Shown here one piece after another: positions 32,497 to 32,782 of a stretch of DNA of 32,782 nt (position 1 is its first letter; every line of letters begins with the position of its first letter). Source of the stretch: an uncultured Candidatus Saccharibacteria bacterium (GTDB taxonomy: Bacteria > Patescibacteriota > Minisyncoccia > Minisyncoccales > CG1-02-41-26); contig CAYNRT010000002.1 in the NCBI GenBank assembly GCA_964399945.1, positions 1-32,782 on the forward strand. The letters are read 5' to 3'. A model generated the notes under the pieces. It searched no databases. It saw only the letters and a program-made list of their open reading frames with translations, and had not been told where the DNA came from. A program made the position numbers and the translations under genes.

Positions 32497-32782
32497 ATGT
32501 TCAGCAAGATTTTATCATATTTTAATGAAGATATTGCCATTGATTTAGGCACAGCTTATTCTTTAGTTTATGTGCGCGGCAGGGGGATTGTTATAGCCGA
32601 ACCTTCTGTTGTGGCAATCAATCAAAAAACAGGTCAAATTTTAGCTATTGGAGATGAAGCAAAAAAAATGGTTGGTAGAACGCCCGGTAATATTATAGCA
32701 ACTCGTCCTTTGGTTAAAGGCGTGGTTTCTGATTATGAAGCGACTGAACAGATGCTGAAATATTTTATTGAAAAAGTTAGAA
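32497..32782 (+). CDS. mreB: MreB paralogue 2, N-terminal 95 aa (runs off the window end; not in the ORF track)
   Basis: My own translation gives MFSKILSYFNEDIAIDLGTAYSLVYVRGRGIVIAEPSVVAINQKTGQILAIGDEAKKMVGRTPGNIIATRPLVKGVVSDYEATEQMLKYFIEKVR. Confidence 0.88.
   Translation, partial: MFSKILSYFNEDIAIDLGTAYSLVYVRGRGIVIAEPSVVAINQKTGQILAIGDEAKKMVGRTPGNIIATRPLVKGVVSDYEATEQMLKYFIEKVR

Overview
All the genes I can support (about 47) lie on the + strand, and almost all are core housekeeping genes. In order:

- **str operon tail:** the 3' part of fusA, a small unknown ORF, and tuf.
- **S10-spc cluster:** complete from rpsJ to rplO, followed by secY, adk and map.
- **Non-ribosomal block (15.5-20.9 kb):** five genes that split the usual map-infA junction. 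They are a GalT-like HIT transferase, a small membrane protein, a YkuK/DUF458-like protein, a short AlaRS and a 427-aa membrane-anchored unknown.
- **Alpha-operon genes:** infA, rpmJ, rpsM, rpsK, rpsD, rpoA, rplQ, rplM and rpsI.
- **Remaining genes:** a stand-alone Cas4-like PD-(D/E)xK nuclease, murA, mreB, holB, frr, rseP, proS and the 5' end of a second mreB paralogue.

I found no rRNA, tRNA, CRISPR array, transposase or integrase.

Several traits fit a reduced CPR/Patescibacteria-like genome, though this is inference only:

- There is no rpmD (L30) between rpsE and rplO.
- AlaRS and ProRS are shortened.
- The lipid/isoprenoid genes normally found between frr and rseP are missing.
- Several ribosomal proteins carry lysine-rich tails.

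I do not see a convincing self-contained novel multi-gene system. The most unusual signals that can be read directly are:

1. A nearly invariant T at position -1 of start codons, with little Shine-Dalgarno signal.
2. A continuous purine-rich, K/E-coding tract of about 450 nt across the rplD/rplW junction. The two genes are in the same frame and separated by a single TAG.
3. A perfect 13-bp hairpin between rpsJ and rplC.
4. The accessory genes inserted into and after the ribosomal cluster: the solo Cas4-like nuclease, the YkuK-like protein and the 427-aa unknown.

All functional calls rest on recognising conserved motifs by eye. No database search was run.
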